Shown: positions 30,206-40,501, numbered from the stretch's first letter. The stretch is DNA of 64,000 nt from an uncultured Planctomycetota bacterium (GCA_963737655.1 CAVTTN010000002.1:2464001-2528000), one strand, 5' to 3'. Program-made: numbers and translations. Notes: generated from the sequence alone by a model not told the origin.

Positions 30206-30946
30206 TCAGGGGCCCATCGCGTGCTGGAGGTGGCGGAAGATCGCCTCGACGTCGCCCCGGGTGATCCCCAGCGAGGAGGCGATCGAGCGGTCGTCGGCCC
30301 CTCCGGTCATCAGCGGCTTGACCGTCGGGGCCAGCGGCCTCAGGCGGTCGGGCAGGGCGGGCGTGGGGACCCGTCGGCGATGCTCGACCCAGGGGTCGCC
30401 CATCGGCGCGAAGTCGGGGTCGAACCAGAACTCGCGGCCCCCTTCGGCCAGCAAGCGGACGAACCAGGCGGAGAAGCTCGGCGCGATCAGTCGGGAGGGG
30501 CTGCCGCTCTGGTCGTCGCCGGAGGTGAAGATCGGGCAATCGCCGCCGGGCCAGCGGTATCCCAGGTCGATGCAGATCGTCTCCCGGCCCGGGTTGCCGA
30601 GCTCGAACCAGCTCTCGGGCTGGACGAGCATCTCGGGGACCCGGGCGAACGGGATCATCGGCCCGATGGCCGTGAGCGGGTGGATCAGGGGGCCGTCCTT
30701 GTACAGGCCGTCGGAGAGCCGGAGCCAGCTGCGGAGCGAGTGGGGCAGGTCGAAGCCGTACCTCCGCTCCCAGTCCCGGACCTGCCGGGCCGAGGCGGGC
30801 GGTCGGCACGGGTCCGGGCCCTCGGCGTCGGCGAACGAGCCGGGCCAGCCGGGGGCCTGGATCGCGTCCGGGAGCCGGACCCCGGACGCCGCGGCCCAGA
30901 GCGCCGCCCGTTCCCGCAATCCCTCGCCAATCGGGCCGTGGATCAT
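30206..30946 (-). CDS. SMI1/KNR4 (SUKH) family protein with C-terminal HTH-like segment
   Basis: PAS..QV..WE...G..LP.SLR.WL..SDG and IAPSFSAWF motifs. ATGA overlap with the miaB stop. Confidence 0.8.
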   Translation of the reverse strand: MIHGPIGEGLRERAALWAAASGVRLPDAIQAPGWPGSFADAEGPDPCRPPASARQVRDWERRYGFDLPHSLRSWLRLSDGLYKDGPLIHPLTAIGPMIPFARVPEMLVQPESWFELGNPGRETICIDLGYRWPGGDCPIFTSGDDQSGSPSRLIAPSFSAWFVRLLAEGGREFWFDPDFAPMGDPWVEHRRRVPTPALPDRLRPLAPTVKPLMTGGADDRSIASSLGITRGDVEAIFRHLQHAMGP

Positions 30947-32385
30947 CCGCTGATCCCCACGAGGTCCATCGTCACCACCTCGCCGAAGAGCGTCATCGGC
31001 GAGCATTCGGAGATCGCCACCGGCAGGAGCCGGCCCGCCTGCCTCGCGTTCCCCTCGAACACCACGATCCGATCGCAGGCCGTCCGGCCGGTCATCTGGA
31101 TCGGCCCGGAGAGGTCGCCCTCCTCGCGGGCCGCCGCCTTGCTCGGCCCCTCGACCAGCACTTCCACCGTCCGGCCGACGAACGCCCGGTTGTCCTCGCC
31201 GCAGATGGCCGTCTGGACCGCCAGAAGGTCGTTGTTGCGACGTTTCTTGACGTCCTCGGGCACGTCGTCGGCGAACAGGGAGAACGCCTTGGTGCCCTCG
31301 CGAGGGCTGTATTTGAAGATGAAGCTGTTCTTGAACCGCGAGCGCTCGACCAGGCGGACGGACTTCTCGAACGACGCCTCGGTCTCCCCGCAGAAGCCGA
31401 CGATGAAGTCGCTGGAGACGCTGGCCTCGGGGACGGTCTCGTGGATTCGGTGCATCATCTCGTCGTAGAGCGCGACGGTGTAGAGCCGCTTCATCCGCCT
31501 CAGCACGTCGTCGCAGCCGCTCTGGGCCGGGACGTGGAGGTATCGCGAGACCTTGGGCAGGTCGCGGACGGCCTGCAACAGGTCGTCGGTCATGTCGTTG
31601 GGGAAATTGGTGATGAATTTCAGGCGGACCGGGCCGGCGACGTCGTGGAGGCGGGCGAGGAGGTCCGAGAGGCGGGTGGTCCGGCCGTCGGGCGAGGCAT
31701 ACTTGTAGCTGTTGACGGTCTGGCCGATCAGGGTGATTTCCTTCACGCCCTGGTCGGCGAGCTGGCGGGCCTCCTCCAGGATCGCCTCGGGAGGCCGGGA
31801 CTGCTCCGGCCCGCGGACGGCCGGGACCACGCAGTAGGTGCAGAACTTGTCGCACCCCATCATGATCCGCAGGAACGCCTGATGGGGCGAGGGCCTCATC
31901 GCGGGCTCGCGGAGGGGGTCATACTCGGCGAAGCTCTCGGTCACCAGCGATTTCGAGCCGGCCGACCGCGCGAGGCTCACGGCCATCTGCGGCGCCTTCT
32001 CGGCCTTCGCCTTGGCCAGGAGCTCGGGGACGCGGCCGAGCTGGCCGGGGCCGATCACCACATCGACGTGAGGCGCCCGGCGGAGGACCTGCCCCTGGTC
32101 CTTCTGCGCCATGCAGCCGAGGACGCCGATCGCCACGTCCGGCCGGGTTTCCTTGATCCGTTTGATCCGGCCCAGGGCCGAATAGATCTTGTCCTCGGCG
32201 TGCTGGCGGACCGAGCAGGTGTTGTACAGGATGGTGTCGGCCTGGCCGATGTCGTCGGTCAGGACGTATCCCTCGTCGCGCAGCTTCGCCACCACGAGCT
32301 CGCTATCCAGGACGTTCATCTGGCAGCCGACCGTCTCGATGTACAGCTTCTTCGACCGAGACGGGACGGCCTGGGGATCGGCCAT
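30943..32385 (-). CDS. miaB: tRNA methylthiotransferase MiaB
   Basis: GCQMNVLDSE, NTCSVR, GCDKFCTYC, SDFIVGF and YSPREGT motifs; TRAM domain. Confidence 0.95.
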   Translation of the reverse strand: MADPQAVPSRSKKLYIETVGCQMNVLDSELVVAKLRDEGYVLTDDIGQADTILYNTCSVRQHAEDKIYSALGRIKRIKETRPDVAIGVLGCMAQKDQGQVLRRAPHVDVVIGPGQLGRVPELLAKAKAEKAPQMAVSLARSAGSKSLVTESFAEYDPLREPAMRPSPHQAFLRIMMGCDKFCTYCVVPAVRGPEQSRPPEAILEEARQLADQGVKEITLIGQTVNSYKYASPDGRTTRLSDLLARLHDVAGPVRLKFITNFPNDMTDDLLQAVRDLPKVSRYLHVPAQSGCDDVLRRMKRLYTVALYDEMMHRIHETVPEASVSSDFIVGFCGETEASFEKSVRLVERSRFKNSFIFKYSPREGTKAFSLFADDVPEDVKKRRNNDLLAVQTAICGEDNRAFVGRTVEVLVEGPSKAAAREEGDLSGPIQMTGRTACDRIVVFEGNARQAGRLLPVAISECSPMTLFGEVVTMDLVGISG

Positions 32386-32592
32386 CGCCGAGGATCTCCG
32401 GGGGCTGGCATGCATGCGTGGCCGCGAGGGGATCGCGCAAGGCGATCGACGGGCCTGGGGGGTATTCTATCGTCCCCGATCGGCGAAGGGAACGGCGGGT
32501 GACCGCCGATCGCCGACCGCCCTGGCGGAATGCCGCCCGGTTCCGGTAGTTTGGGCCGCACCGCTGCGGAACGGACCTTTCGGGATGATCCC

Positions 32593-33387
32593 ATGCCAAC
32601 TGTCCGGGTCGATGGCCGGTCATTTTATTATGAGGAGATCGGCTCGGGCGACCCGATCGTGTTCGTGTCGGGCCTGGGCGGCGATGGCCGGGCGTTCAGC
32701 ATCGCGTTGCGGCATTTCGGCGCGAGATCGCGGGCCCTGGCGTTCGACAATCGCGACGTGGGCCGCTCCGATCGGGCGACGGCCCCCTATTCGACGGCCG
32801 ACATGGCCGAGGACCTCGCCTCGCTCCTGGGGACGGTCCACGCCTCTCCCGCGCACGTCGTCGGGCATTCGCTCGGCGGCCTGATCGCCCAGGAGCTGGC
32901 CTTGCGTCATCCCGAGATGGTCCGCTCGCTCGTCCTGGCCTCGACCCACGCCGGGGCCGACCCGTGGCGCCGGGCGATCCTCGAATCGTGGATCGTGATG
33001 AGGCATCGGTTCTCTCCGGGAGAGTTCACCCGGCTGACCCTGCCCTGGCTCGTCGGGGCGCCGTTCTATCGCCAGAGCACCAGCATCGAGGGCCTGATCC
33101 GGTTCGCCGAGAACAACGAATTCCCCCAGCCTCCCGAAGCGTTCGAGCGCCAGGCGAGAGCGGCGATCGCCCACGAGACGCGCGATCGGCTCGCGGCCCT
33201 GCGGGTGCCGTCTCTGGTGCTCGTGGGGGAGCTCGACGCGGTGAACCCTCCGAGGGTCGCGAAGGAGCTGGCCGAGCTGATCCCCGATGCCCGGATGGCG
33301 GTCCTGCCCGGCCTCGGGCACCTGCCCCACGTCGAAGACGGCCGGGCCTTCCGCGAGGCCGTGGCGGCGTTCGTGGATTCCGTGTAG
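32593..33387 (+). CDS. Alpha/beta hydrolase
   Basis: [14 protein letters not shown] and GHLPHVE motifs. Confidence 0.9.
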   Translation: MPTVRVDGRSFYYEEIGSGDPIVFVSGLGGDGRAFSIALRHFGARSRALAFDNRDVGRSDRATAPYSTADMAEDLASLLGTVHASPAHVVGHSLGGLIAQELALRHPEMVRSLVLASTHAGADPWRRAILESWIVMRHRFSPGEFTRLTLPWLVGAPFYRQSTSIEGLIRFAENNEFPQPPEAFERQARAAIAHETRDRLAALRVPSLVLVGELDAVNPPRVAKELAELIPDARMAVLPGLGHLPHVEDGRAFREAVAAFVDSV

Positions 33388-33404
33388 GGTGCAGGAAATG
33401 CACC
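33384..33404 (+). repeat. REP family A overlapping the stop codon
   Basis: GTAGGGTGCAGGAAATGCACC. Confidence 0.85.
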
Positions 33405-33445
33405 ATCTTCGCCCTCGATTTGGAGCGCCTGCGCAAGGAGCGGTC

Positions 33446-33676
33446 ATGGCCACCGAAGAGGACCTCAAGAAAGCCCTCAAAGCCTTCAAGAAGCGGCTGA
33501 AGCTCGCGAAGCTCGACGAGGAATCCGGGCTCAGCCGAGGGGGCGGCAAGAAATCGACGATCGCCGGGATCACCCCGCCGGGCGGCCATCCCGCCGAGGT
33601 CTGGGAGGACCTGGTCAAGCAAGGGAAGCTCAAACGAGAGATGGCCGGCACCTATTCGCTGGTGCCGGGGGCATGA
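33446..33676 (+). CDS. Small basic hypothetical protein (76 aa)
   Basis: AAGGAG RBS; LKKALKAFKKRLKL..LDEES; ATGA coupling to the next gene. Confidence 0.8.
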   Translation: MATEEDLKKALKAFKKRLKLAKLDEESGLSRGGGKKSTIAGITPPGGHPAEVWEDLVKQGKLKREMAGTYSLVPGA

Positions 33677-34881
33677 TCGCGACCGACGAGGGGCGATTCC
33701 GAGCCGTCCTCGGGCTCTCGACGGCCCTCATGATCGGGCTCTCGTACCCCCTCTGGATCGACCTGCCGGGCTCGACGTTCCCGAGAGTCCCGTTCGTCGC
33801 CCGGATGCCGATGGCGCCTTCGTGGCTGACGTTTGCGAGGTTCTCGGCAACCCTGTTGGCTCTGATTTCGGCCTCGGTCGGCTACCGGACTCGGTGGTCC
33901 CTTGGCGTGGCGTTGACGATGTTGGCGTGGAGCGTCGCGGAAGACCAGTTCCGGCTCCAGCCGTGGGTCTACCAGTTCCTGTTGATGGGGTTCGTCCTGG
34001 CGAACGCCCCTTCGGAGCGGGCCTTGGGCCTGTGCCGGGTCGTGATCGTCGCCCTTTACTTCCATTCGGGGCTGTCGAAGCTGGATCGTTCGTTCGAGGA
34101 GGAATCCGGGAGGCAATTCCTGGGATCGGCGGTGTCTCTGCTCGGCGGAGACCTCCGGAGATGGTCCGGTTCGATCGTTTCCCCGGCGGTCCGGCTGATG
34201 CCGGCCTGGGAGATCTCGGTGGCGGTCGGCCTGGTCTTCCGAACGACCCGGAGGCTCGCCCTGGTCGGCGCGGTCCTTCAGCATCTGGCGTTGATCGCGA
34301 TCCTCGGCCCGTGGGGGCTGCGTCATAGCACGATCGTCCTGGTGTGGAACGCGGCCATGATCGCCGAGGTCGTCGTGCTGTTCCGCTCGCCGGTGTTCCT
34401 ACCTCCGGGCGATCGGCCGTCTCGGCTCGCGGGGCTGGTGGTGGCCCTGGCGGTGCTCCTGCCGTCGTTCGAGCGGTTCGGTCTGTGGGACACCTGGCCG
34501 TCGTTCGGGCTGTATGCGAGCCACAACGAACGGGCGAGCGTTTACGTGGACGTGCCCGAGGCCCTGGAGGGCGCCCCGCCGTTCTCGGAGATCGCCGCCT
34601 ATCTTGGCCCTCCGACGGAGTGGGGCACTCGTCGATGGCTCGACCTGGCGAGGTGGAGCCTGACCGAGCGAGGCGTCCCGCTTTATCCCCAGGGTCGCGC
34701 CCTGAACGGGGTGGCCGAAGTGGTGGCCTCGCGATATGAAGGGATCGGGCCGGTCCTCCTCCGCCAGATCCGCCGCGCCGATCCCCGGACCGGACGGCGT
34801 CGCGAGGTCGATCTCGTCGGCCTGGACGCCATCCGCCGCCACGGCGACTCCTACTGGCTGAACGCCCATCCCGCCCGGTGA
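33673..34881 (+). CDS. Multi-pass membrane protein (HTTM/DoxX-like)
   Basis: DQFRLQPWVYQ, YFHSGLSKL and WPSFGLY motifs. Confidence 0.75.
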   Translation: MIATDEGRFRAVLGLSTALMIGLSYPLWIDLPGSTFPRVPFVARMPMAPSWLTFARFSATLLALISASVGYRTRWSLGVALTMLAWSVAEDQFRLQPWVYQFLLMGFVLANAPSERALGLCRVVIVALYFHSGLSKLDRSFEEESGRQFLGSAVSLLGGDLRRWSGSIVSPAVRLMPAWEISVAVGLVFRTTRRLALVGAVLQHLALIAILGPWGLRHSTIVLVWNAAMIAEVVVLFRSPVFLPPGDRPSRLAGLVVALAVLLPSFERFGLWDTWPSFGLYASHNERASVYVDVPEALEGAPPFSEIAAYLGPPTEWGTRRWLDLARWSLTERGVPLYPQGRALNGVAEVVASRYEGIGPVLLRQIRRADPRTGRRREVDLVGLDAIRRHGDSYWLNAHPAR

Positions 34882-34946
34882 GGCACGGATTGGCACGGAG
34901 ACTGCGGTTGCGAACGTCCCCCGACCTCCTGGGAGAGTCCCCGTCC

Positions 34947-36539
34947 ATGAGGCATCCTCGCGGCAGCGGCGTCTTGCTCCATCCCACGTCCCTGCCCGGC
35001 CGGTTCGGGATCGGCGACCTCGGCCCCGAGGCGCATCGGTTCGTGGCCGACCTGGTCGAGGCGGGCCAGACCTGGTGGCAGATGCTCCCCCTGGGTCCCA
35101 CGGGGTTCGGCAACTCGCCGTATCAATCGCCGTCGTCGTTCGCCGGCAACCCCCTGTTGATCAGCCCCGAGGCGATGGTCCGCGACGGCTGGCTCGACGA
35201 GGCCGACCTGGCCGATTATCCCGAGTTGCCCGCCGGGCACGTCGATTTCGACGCGGTCCGCCTGGCCAAGACGGCCCTGTTTCACAAGGCCCACGAACGG
35301 GCCGGACCCGACGGACCCCCCGAGTTCCGCGCGTTCCTCGAATCGGCGAAGGACTGGCTCGACGACTTCGCCCTGTTCGTCGCGCTGAAGGACGCCCACG
35401 ACGGCAAGCCCTGGAACGAGTGGGAGCCCGACATCGCCGCCCGGAAACCCGAGGCGATGGCTCTCTGGAGGGATCGGCTGGCGAAGGAGGTCCACCATCA
35501 GAAGCTCATCCAGTTCGTCTTCCATCAGCAATGGGAGGAGCTCCGGGCGGCCTGCCGGTCCAAGGGGATCAAGATCATCGGCGATTTGCCCATCTTCGTG
35601 AGCGGGGACAGCGCGGACGTCTGGGCCCGGCCCGACCTCTTCGAGCTGGACGACCACGGACGGCCGACGGCCGTGGCGGGCGTGCCTCCCGACTTCTTCA
35701 GCGAGACCGGGCAGCTCTGGGGCAACCCGGTCTATCGCTGGGAGGCCCACGAAGCGGACGGATTCGCCTGGTGGATCGCCCGGCTTCGGGGGACGACCGA
35801 CCGCGTGGACATCCTCCGGCTCGACCATTTCCGGGGGTTCGCGGCGTTCTGGGCGGTCCCGGGCGATGCGCCGACGGCCGCCTCGGGCGAGTGGCGGCCG
35901 TCCCCGGGCCATGCGCTTCTGGAAGCGGTCCGGGACGCCTTCGGCGGTCTCCCGCTGATCGCCGAGGATCTCGGCTTGATCACTCCGGACGTCGTGGCCC
36001 TCCGAGACGACTTCCACCTGCCCGGGATGAGGGTCTTGCAGTTCGCCTTCGGCGATGACCCGCTGGCCGATATTTATCTCCCGTACCGGCACATCCCGCA
36101 TTGCATCGTCTACACCGGCACCCACGACAATGACACGACCAGGGGCTGGTTCACGACGACCGAGACGAACACGACGCAATCGGCGGCGCTGATCGCGGCG
36201 GAGAGGGCGTTCGTCCTGAGGTTCGTGGGGACCGACGGCTCGGAGATCCACTGGGATTTGATCCGGGTGGCGTCGTCCTCGGTGGCCGACACGGTGGTCT
36301 TCCCGATGCAGGACGTTTTGGGCCTCGGGCACGAGGCCCGGATGAACCTGCCGGGCCGGGCCACCGGCAACTGGGCGTGGCGTTACGGCCCGGACGAGTT
36401 CCCCCAGGCGGCCCGGGACCGCCTGGCCGACATCACGGCCGTGTACGACCGCTGGAACGGGGAAGTCCCGGCCAAATGGCGGTCGCCCCGGAGGCCGAAG
36501 TCGGGCGAGGCGGCGGTGTCGATCGAGGCGGAGGAATGA
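34947..36539 (+). CDS. malQ: 4-alpha-glucanotransferase (GH77)
   Basis: GVLLHPTSLPG, GVPPDFFS..GQLWGNP, RLDHFRG, AEDLG and THDN motifs. Confidence 0.95.
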   Translation: MRHPRGSGVLLHPTSLPGRFGIGDLGPEAHRFVADLVEAGQTWWQMLPLGPTGFGNSPYQSPSSFAGNPLLISPEAMVRDGWLDEADLADYPELPAGHVDFDAVRLAKTALFHKAHERAGPDGPPEFRAFLESAKDWLDDFALFVALKDAHDGKPWNEWEPDIAARKPEAMALWRDRLAKEVHHQKLIQFVFHQQWEELRAACRSKGIKIIGDLPIFVSGDSADVWARPDLFELDDHGRPTAVAGVPPDFFSETGQLWGNPVYRWEAHEADGFAWWIARLRGTTDRVDILRLDHFRGFAAFWAVPGDAPTAASGEWRPSPGHALLEAVRDAFGGLPLIAEDLGLITPDVVALRDDFHLPGMRVLQFAFGDDPLADIYLPYRHIPHCIVYTGTHDNDTTRGWFTTTETNTTQSAALIAAERAFVLRFVGTDGSEIHWDLIRVASSSVADTVVFPMQDVLGLGHEARMNLPGRATGNWAWRYGPDEFPQAARDRLADITAVYDRWNGEVPAKWRSPRRPKSGEAAVSIEAEE

Positions 36540-36557
36540 GAGATCGCATCTCATCGG

Positions 36558-36622
36558 TTGGGTGGCATGCTTACAAAGACGTAAGCATGCCACCCAATCA
36601 CGGGCGGAAGGATGGCCCGCAA
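36558..36622. repeat. Collapsed family B palindrome plus left copy of a 43-bp direct repeat
   Basis: 36580-36622 matches 37137-37179 with one mismatch. Confidence 0.85.
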
Positions 36623-36675
36623 TCGCCGGGCCATCCCGAGGAAACTGGTCGAGTACGACCAGTGGCACCCGAGAG

Positions 36676-36954
36676 TCAACCGCCACATCCGATCGAAAAC
36701 CGCTCGAGTCGAGTCCGGCCTCCATGGGCCGTCGCGAACGCCTCGGCGGCGGCCTCCGGCAGGTCGACCGGGACGAAGCACTCCTCGGGATAGAGGTAAT
36801 CCTCCCCGGATTCATCGACGACGCGGACGAAACCGCGCGTTTCTGCCGAGGCGTCCGGCAGGACTCGATAGACCTTCCGGACCTCCAGGGAGGCCGGGTA
36901 TTCGTCGTTGTGGATGCACAGGACGAACTGCCGAGATTGGCTGATCTGTGACAT
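36676..36954 (-). CDS. Small conserved hypothetical protein (SLE.RK.Y...DESGEDYLYP type)
   Basis: FVLCIHNDEYPASLEVRKVY...RVVDESGEDYLYP. Confidence 0.8.
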   Translation of the reverse strand: MSQISQSRQFVLCIHNDEYPASLEVRKVYRVLPDASAETRGFVRVVDESGEDYLYPEECFVPVDLPEAAAEAFATAHGGRTRLERFSIGCGG

Positions 36955-36955
36955 G

Positions 36956-37065
36956 TTAATCATCCAGAAAGGTCTTGATCTTGAACTCGACCCGCCCGAT
37001 CCCGTTCGCCTCATATCATACCAGTGGAGTTCGACCTGGCAGACCTCGGCCTTCCGTCTTCGCGG
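36956..37065 (-). pseudogene. C-terminal remnant of the usual upstream partner gene
   Basis: Reads VELHWY-EANGIGRVEFKIKTFLDD* once the TATGA duplication (37011-37020) is removed. The 5' part is missing where a REP doublet sits. Confidence 0.65.
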
Positions 37066-37067
37066 TG

Positions 37068-37192
37068 GGGTGGCATGCTTACGTCTTCGTAAGCATGGCT
37101 TCGGTCAGTCTCGAACCGAAGCCATGCTTACGTCTTCGTAAGCATGCCACCCAATCACGGGCGGAAGGATGGTCCGCAAGGGCGGACCCTAC
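37068..37192. repeat. REP family B doublet (85 bp) followed by a family D REP
   Basis: B at 37068-37152; GGTCCGCAAGGGCGGACCCTAC at 37171-37192. Confidence 0.9.
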
Positions 37193-37219
37193 GAAACACG
37201 CCGTTTTCGCGGGGTGGGA

Positions 37220-39232
37220 CTACGAGTCCCCCGGGCCCGGCAGGTGGACGAAGAACGTGGCGCCCTGGCCGAGGGTGCTCTCGACTCGGATCGTCCCTCC
37301 GTGGGCCCGGGCGATCTTCTGGCAGATGGCCAGGCCGGCCCCGTTGCCTTCGTATTCGCCCTGGGCGTGGAGCCGCCGGAAGATCTGGAAGATCCGCTCG
37401 TGATGCTTCGGGTCGATGCCGATGCCGTTGTCGCGGACCGAGATCGTGACCGCCCCGCCCTCCTCGGCCCAGGCGGCGAGCTCGACCGTCGGCCGGCCCT
37501 GGCCCCCGTGATATTTCAGGCCGTTGGAGACGAGGTTGGTGAGGAGCTGGGCGATCCGCCCGCGATCGCCCCAGGCCGTCGGCAACGGCTGGCGGACGAC
37601 CAGATCGCCCCCCTTCGCCGCGATCAGGGCGGCGAGGTCGGCGCGGACGCGGGCGGCGACCTCGTCGAGGTTCACCGGCGCGAATTCGCGGGTCGCCCGC
37701 CCCGCCCGGGAGAGTTCCAGGAGGTCGCGGATCAGGCCCCTCATCCGATCGGCGGCATCGACGATGCGGGCCACGCTCTCCAGGCCCTCGGCGCCGAGGC
37801 GGTCCCCCTGGTCCTTCTGGAGCTGGCCGGAGAAGAAGCCCATCGTCCTCAACGGCTCGAACAGGTCGTGGGAGACGACGTGGGAGAACTCGTCGAGCTC
37901 CTGGTTCTTCCGCTCCAGGACCTCGTTGGCCCGGGCGAGGCTGGCGTTGCGGTCCTGGAGCTGCGCCTCCAGGGCCTTCCTCGCCGTCACGTCCTGCGCG
38001 ACGCTCCGGGACCGGAGGATCGCGCCGTTGGCGTCGCGGATGGCCGTCCCGGTCACGAAGACGTCGATCATCTCGCCGTCGGCCTTGACCCATCGGCTCT
38101 CCACGGCGATCGTCCCGGTCTGGAGGAATTTCTCGAAGTTCGGCACGAACGCCGCGCGCCGCCACTCGGGGAGGATCTCGAGGTAGGGGCGGCCGATCAG
38201 CCGCTCGCGGGGGTAGCCCAGGGCCTTCAACAGGGTGTTGTTGACCTCGACGATCGCGCCGGTCGGGTCCAGGCTGAAGTACATGGCCGGGGCGTTCTGG
38301 TAGAGGTCCCCGTAGAGGTCCTTCATCTCCTGGAGCTCGCGGTTGGCCTTCATCAGCGCGCGATTGGCGACGAGGAGGGCCTTGGTCCGGCGCCGGAGGT
38401 CGCGGTCGGCGCGGAGGCGTCCGGTCACGTCGGTGATGTGGCATCGGAGGTGATCGACGGTCGCGTCCTGGGCGTAGCGGACGCCGACGTTGATCTCGAC
38501 GGCCTTGGTCTCTCCCGAGGCGGTGCGGACCCGGTAGATCAGGCCGTGGGCCTCGCCCCGGGGGACCGACGCGCGCAATTCCTCGCCGGCGAGCTCGCGG
38601 TCGTCGGGGTGGACGACGTCCAGGTACGACATCCGCCGGAGCTGGTTCAGCGACCGGCCGAGGAACGCCTGCTCGGCCGGGCTGGAGTCGATCCAGCGGA
38701 GCGTCTCGGGCTCGAGCCGGGCGATCATGTCGAGCTTGGCGAAGACGTCCAGGACGGAGGAGAACTCGCGGGAGGCCATCGGGTCCGACGGGTCATCCCC
38801 CTTGCTCACCGGGTCGAACAGGGCGCTTCGCGTGAGCGCCGGGACGGTCAGGGGCCGGGATCGCGAGGGGCCTTGCGAGTCGAGCAAGGCCGAATCCTCG
38901 GCCCGGGACGGCGCGAAGCGGTCGCGGAGCCTGGAGGCGGCCGAGACCAGTCCCTCGGCGGCCAGGGCCAGGGCCGGGTCGGTGCATCCGAGGGGCCCGT
39001 CGGCCAGCGCCTCGGCGTCTTCCCTCATGGCGAAGACGGCCCAGATCGGCTGGGCCGTGCGGAGCGCCCCGAGCAGGGCGACGGCCGAGGCCGCCAGCCC
39101 GAGCAGGGCGACGGCGATGGTCCCCGGGCCGAGGCCCTCGTCCGAGGCGACCCAGGCCGAGGCCGTCGCGGTGCCGAGCAGGAACATCGTGGCGGTGCCG
39201 AGGTCTCGGCGGGCGGAAGGGGTCGTCCTCAT
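37220..39232 (-). CDS. PAS-domain sensor histidine kinase
   Basis: N-terminal TM segments, two PAS/PAC domains, SHDLFEPLR, NLVSNGLKY, DNGIGI and GAGLAI motifs. Confidence 0.92.
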   Translation of the reverse strand: MRTTPSARRDLGTATMFLLGTATASAWVASDEGLGPGTIAVALLGLAASAVALLGALRTAQPIWAVFAMREDAEALADGPLGCTDPALALAAEGLVSAASRLRDRFAPSRAEDSALLDSQGPSRSRPLTVPALTRSALFDPVSKGDDPSDPMASREFSSVLDVFAKLDMIARLEPETLRWIDSSPAEQAFLGRSLNQLRRMSYLDVVHPDDRELAGEELRASVPRGEAHGLIYRVRTASGETKAVEINVGVRYAQDATVDHLRCHITDVTGRLRADRDLRRRTKALLVANRALMKANRELQEMKDLYGDLYQNAPAMYFSLDPTGAIVEVNNTLLKALGYPRERLIGRPYLEILPEWRRAAFVPNFEKFLQTGTIAVESRWVKADGEMIDVFVTGTAIRDANGAILRSRSVAQDVTARKALEAQLQDRNASLARANEVLERKNQELDEFSHVVSHDLFEPLRTMGFFSGQLQKDQGDRLGAEGLESVARIVDAADRMRGLIRDLLELSRAGRATREFAPVNLDEVAARVRADLAALIAAKGGDLVVRQPLPTAWGDRGRIAQLLTNLVSNGLKYHGGQGRPTVELAAWAEEGGAVTISVRDNGIGIDPKHHERIFQIFRRLHAQGEYEGNGAGLAICQKIARAHGGTIRVESTLGQGATFFVHLPGPGDS

Positions 39233-39325
39233 CGTCTCTCGTCTACGGAACGGGCGGGGGGGCATTCGGGGGAAGGAATGGGGTGCAACGCGACGGTCGA
39301 GGCGTCAAAACCCGTCCGCCTCAAC

Positions 39326-40420
39326 TCAACCCGGCACCGGCACGGCGGCGGCCGGCAGCCAGAGGGTGAACCGGGCGCCTCCGTCGTCGCCGTTGCGGGC
39401 GGTGAGCTTCCCGCCGTGCTCGCGGAGGATCTCGCTGGCGAGGTACAGGCCGTAGCCGCTGCCGGTGGGCTTGGTGGTGTAGAACGGCTCGAAGATCCGG
39501 GGCAGGTGCGCCTCGGGGATGCCGGGGCCGTCGTCGGCGACCTCCACGGTCACCCAGTCCCCGCCGTCGTCGTGGTCGAACTCGGTCCGCACCTCGATCG
39601 TCCCCTCGCGCTGCTCCGAGGTGATCGCCTCGTGGGCGTTGCCCAGGAGGTTCAGCAAGACCTGGATCACCCGGCCGGCGTCGGCGCGGACCGGGGGCAG
39701 GTTGGCGGCGTTCTGGGTGACCACGGAGACGCGCCTTCCCCTCGGGTCGGTGCCCTTGAGGAACAGGTCGGCGGCCTCGCGGACCAGGGGGGAGAGGTCC
39801 TGGGCCATCAGGGTCGCCGGGCCGCCCCGGACGGCCGCCATCAGGTGCTCCAGTCGAAGCTGCAAGAGCTGGCAGCCGCGGACGATCGGATCGATCCGGA
39901 TGCCCGCCTCGGGGTGCTCGGCCATCTGGATCTTGAGGATCTCGGCGTTCCCCCGGATCACCGACAGAGGGCCGCGGATCTCGTGGACGATCCCGGCCAG
40001 GAGCCGGCCGACCTGAGCCATCCCCTCGTTCAGGGCGGTCACGGTGGACATCTGACGATAGCGGACCAGGCGGCGGACCCGGGCCAGGAGGATCTCGGGG
40101 GGGGCGTCCTTGGCCACGTAGTCGTCGGCCCCGGCCTCCAGGCCGGCGATCACGTCGGACTCGCGGTCCTGGACCGTCAGCATCAGGATCGGCACCCCGG
40201 CGAACTGCGGGTCGTCGCGGAACGCCCGGCAGACGGAGTGGCCGTCGGTGTCGGGCAGGTTCACGTCGAGGACGATGATATGGGGCAGGACCTCGCGGGC
40301 CTGGACCAGGGCATCCCGGCCGTAGGCCGACTCATGGACGGCGAACCCGGCCCGGCCGAGGATGGCGCGGAGCATGGCGCGGTCGTGCGGGCTATCATCG
40401 ACGATCAGGACGGCGCTCAT
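39326..40420 (-). CDS. Hybrid receiver-histidine kinase
   Basis: VLIVDD...LDVNLP receiver; HEIRGPL, NLLGNA, DDGPGI and FYTTK..GSGYGL motifs. Confidence 0.92.
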   Translation of the reverse strand: MSAVLIVDDSPHDRAMLRAILGRAGFAVHESAYGRDALVQAREVLPHIIVLDVNLPDTDGHSVCRAFRDDPQFAGVPILMLTVQDRESDVIAGLEAGADDYVAKDAPPEILLARVRRLVRYRQMSTVTALNEGMAQVGRLLAGIVHEIRGPLSVIRGNAEILKIQMAEHPEAGIRIDPIVRGCQLLQLRLEHLMAAVRGGPATLMAQDLSPLVREAADLFLKGTDPRGRRVSVVTQNAANLPPVRADAGRVIQVLLNLLGNAHEAITSEQREGTIEVRTEFDHDDGGDWVTVEVADDGPGIPEAHLPRIFEPFYTTKPTGSGYGLYLASEILREHGGKLTARNGDDGGARFTLWLPAAAVPVPG

Positions 40421-40501
40421 TCGGGTCCCTCCTGCGACGGCCTCCCCGGTCGCGGCTCCGCGTCTGGGACGGGCCCGTTCCCGCCCTCCGGCGGTCTTCT
40501 C

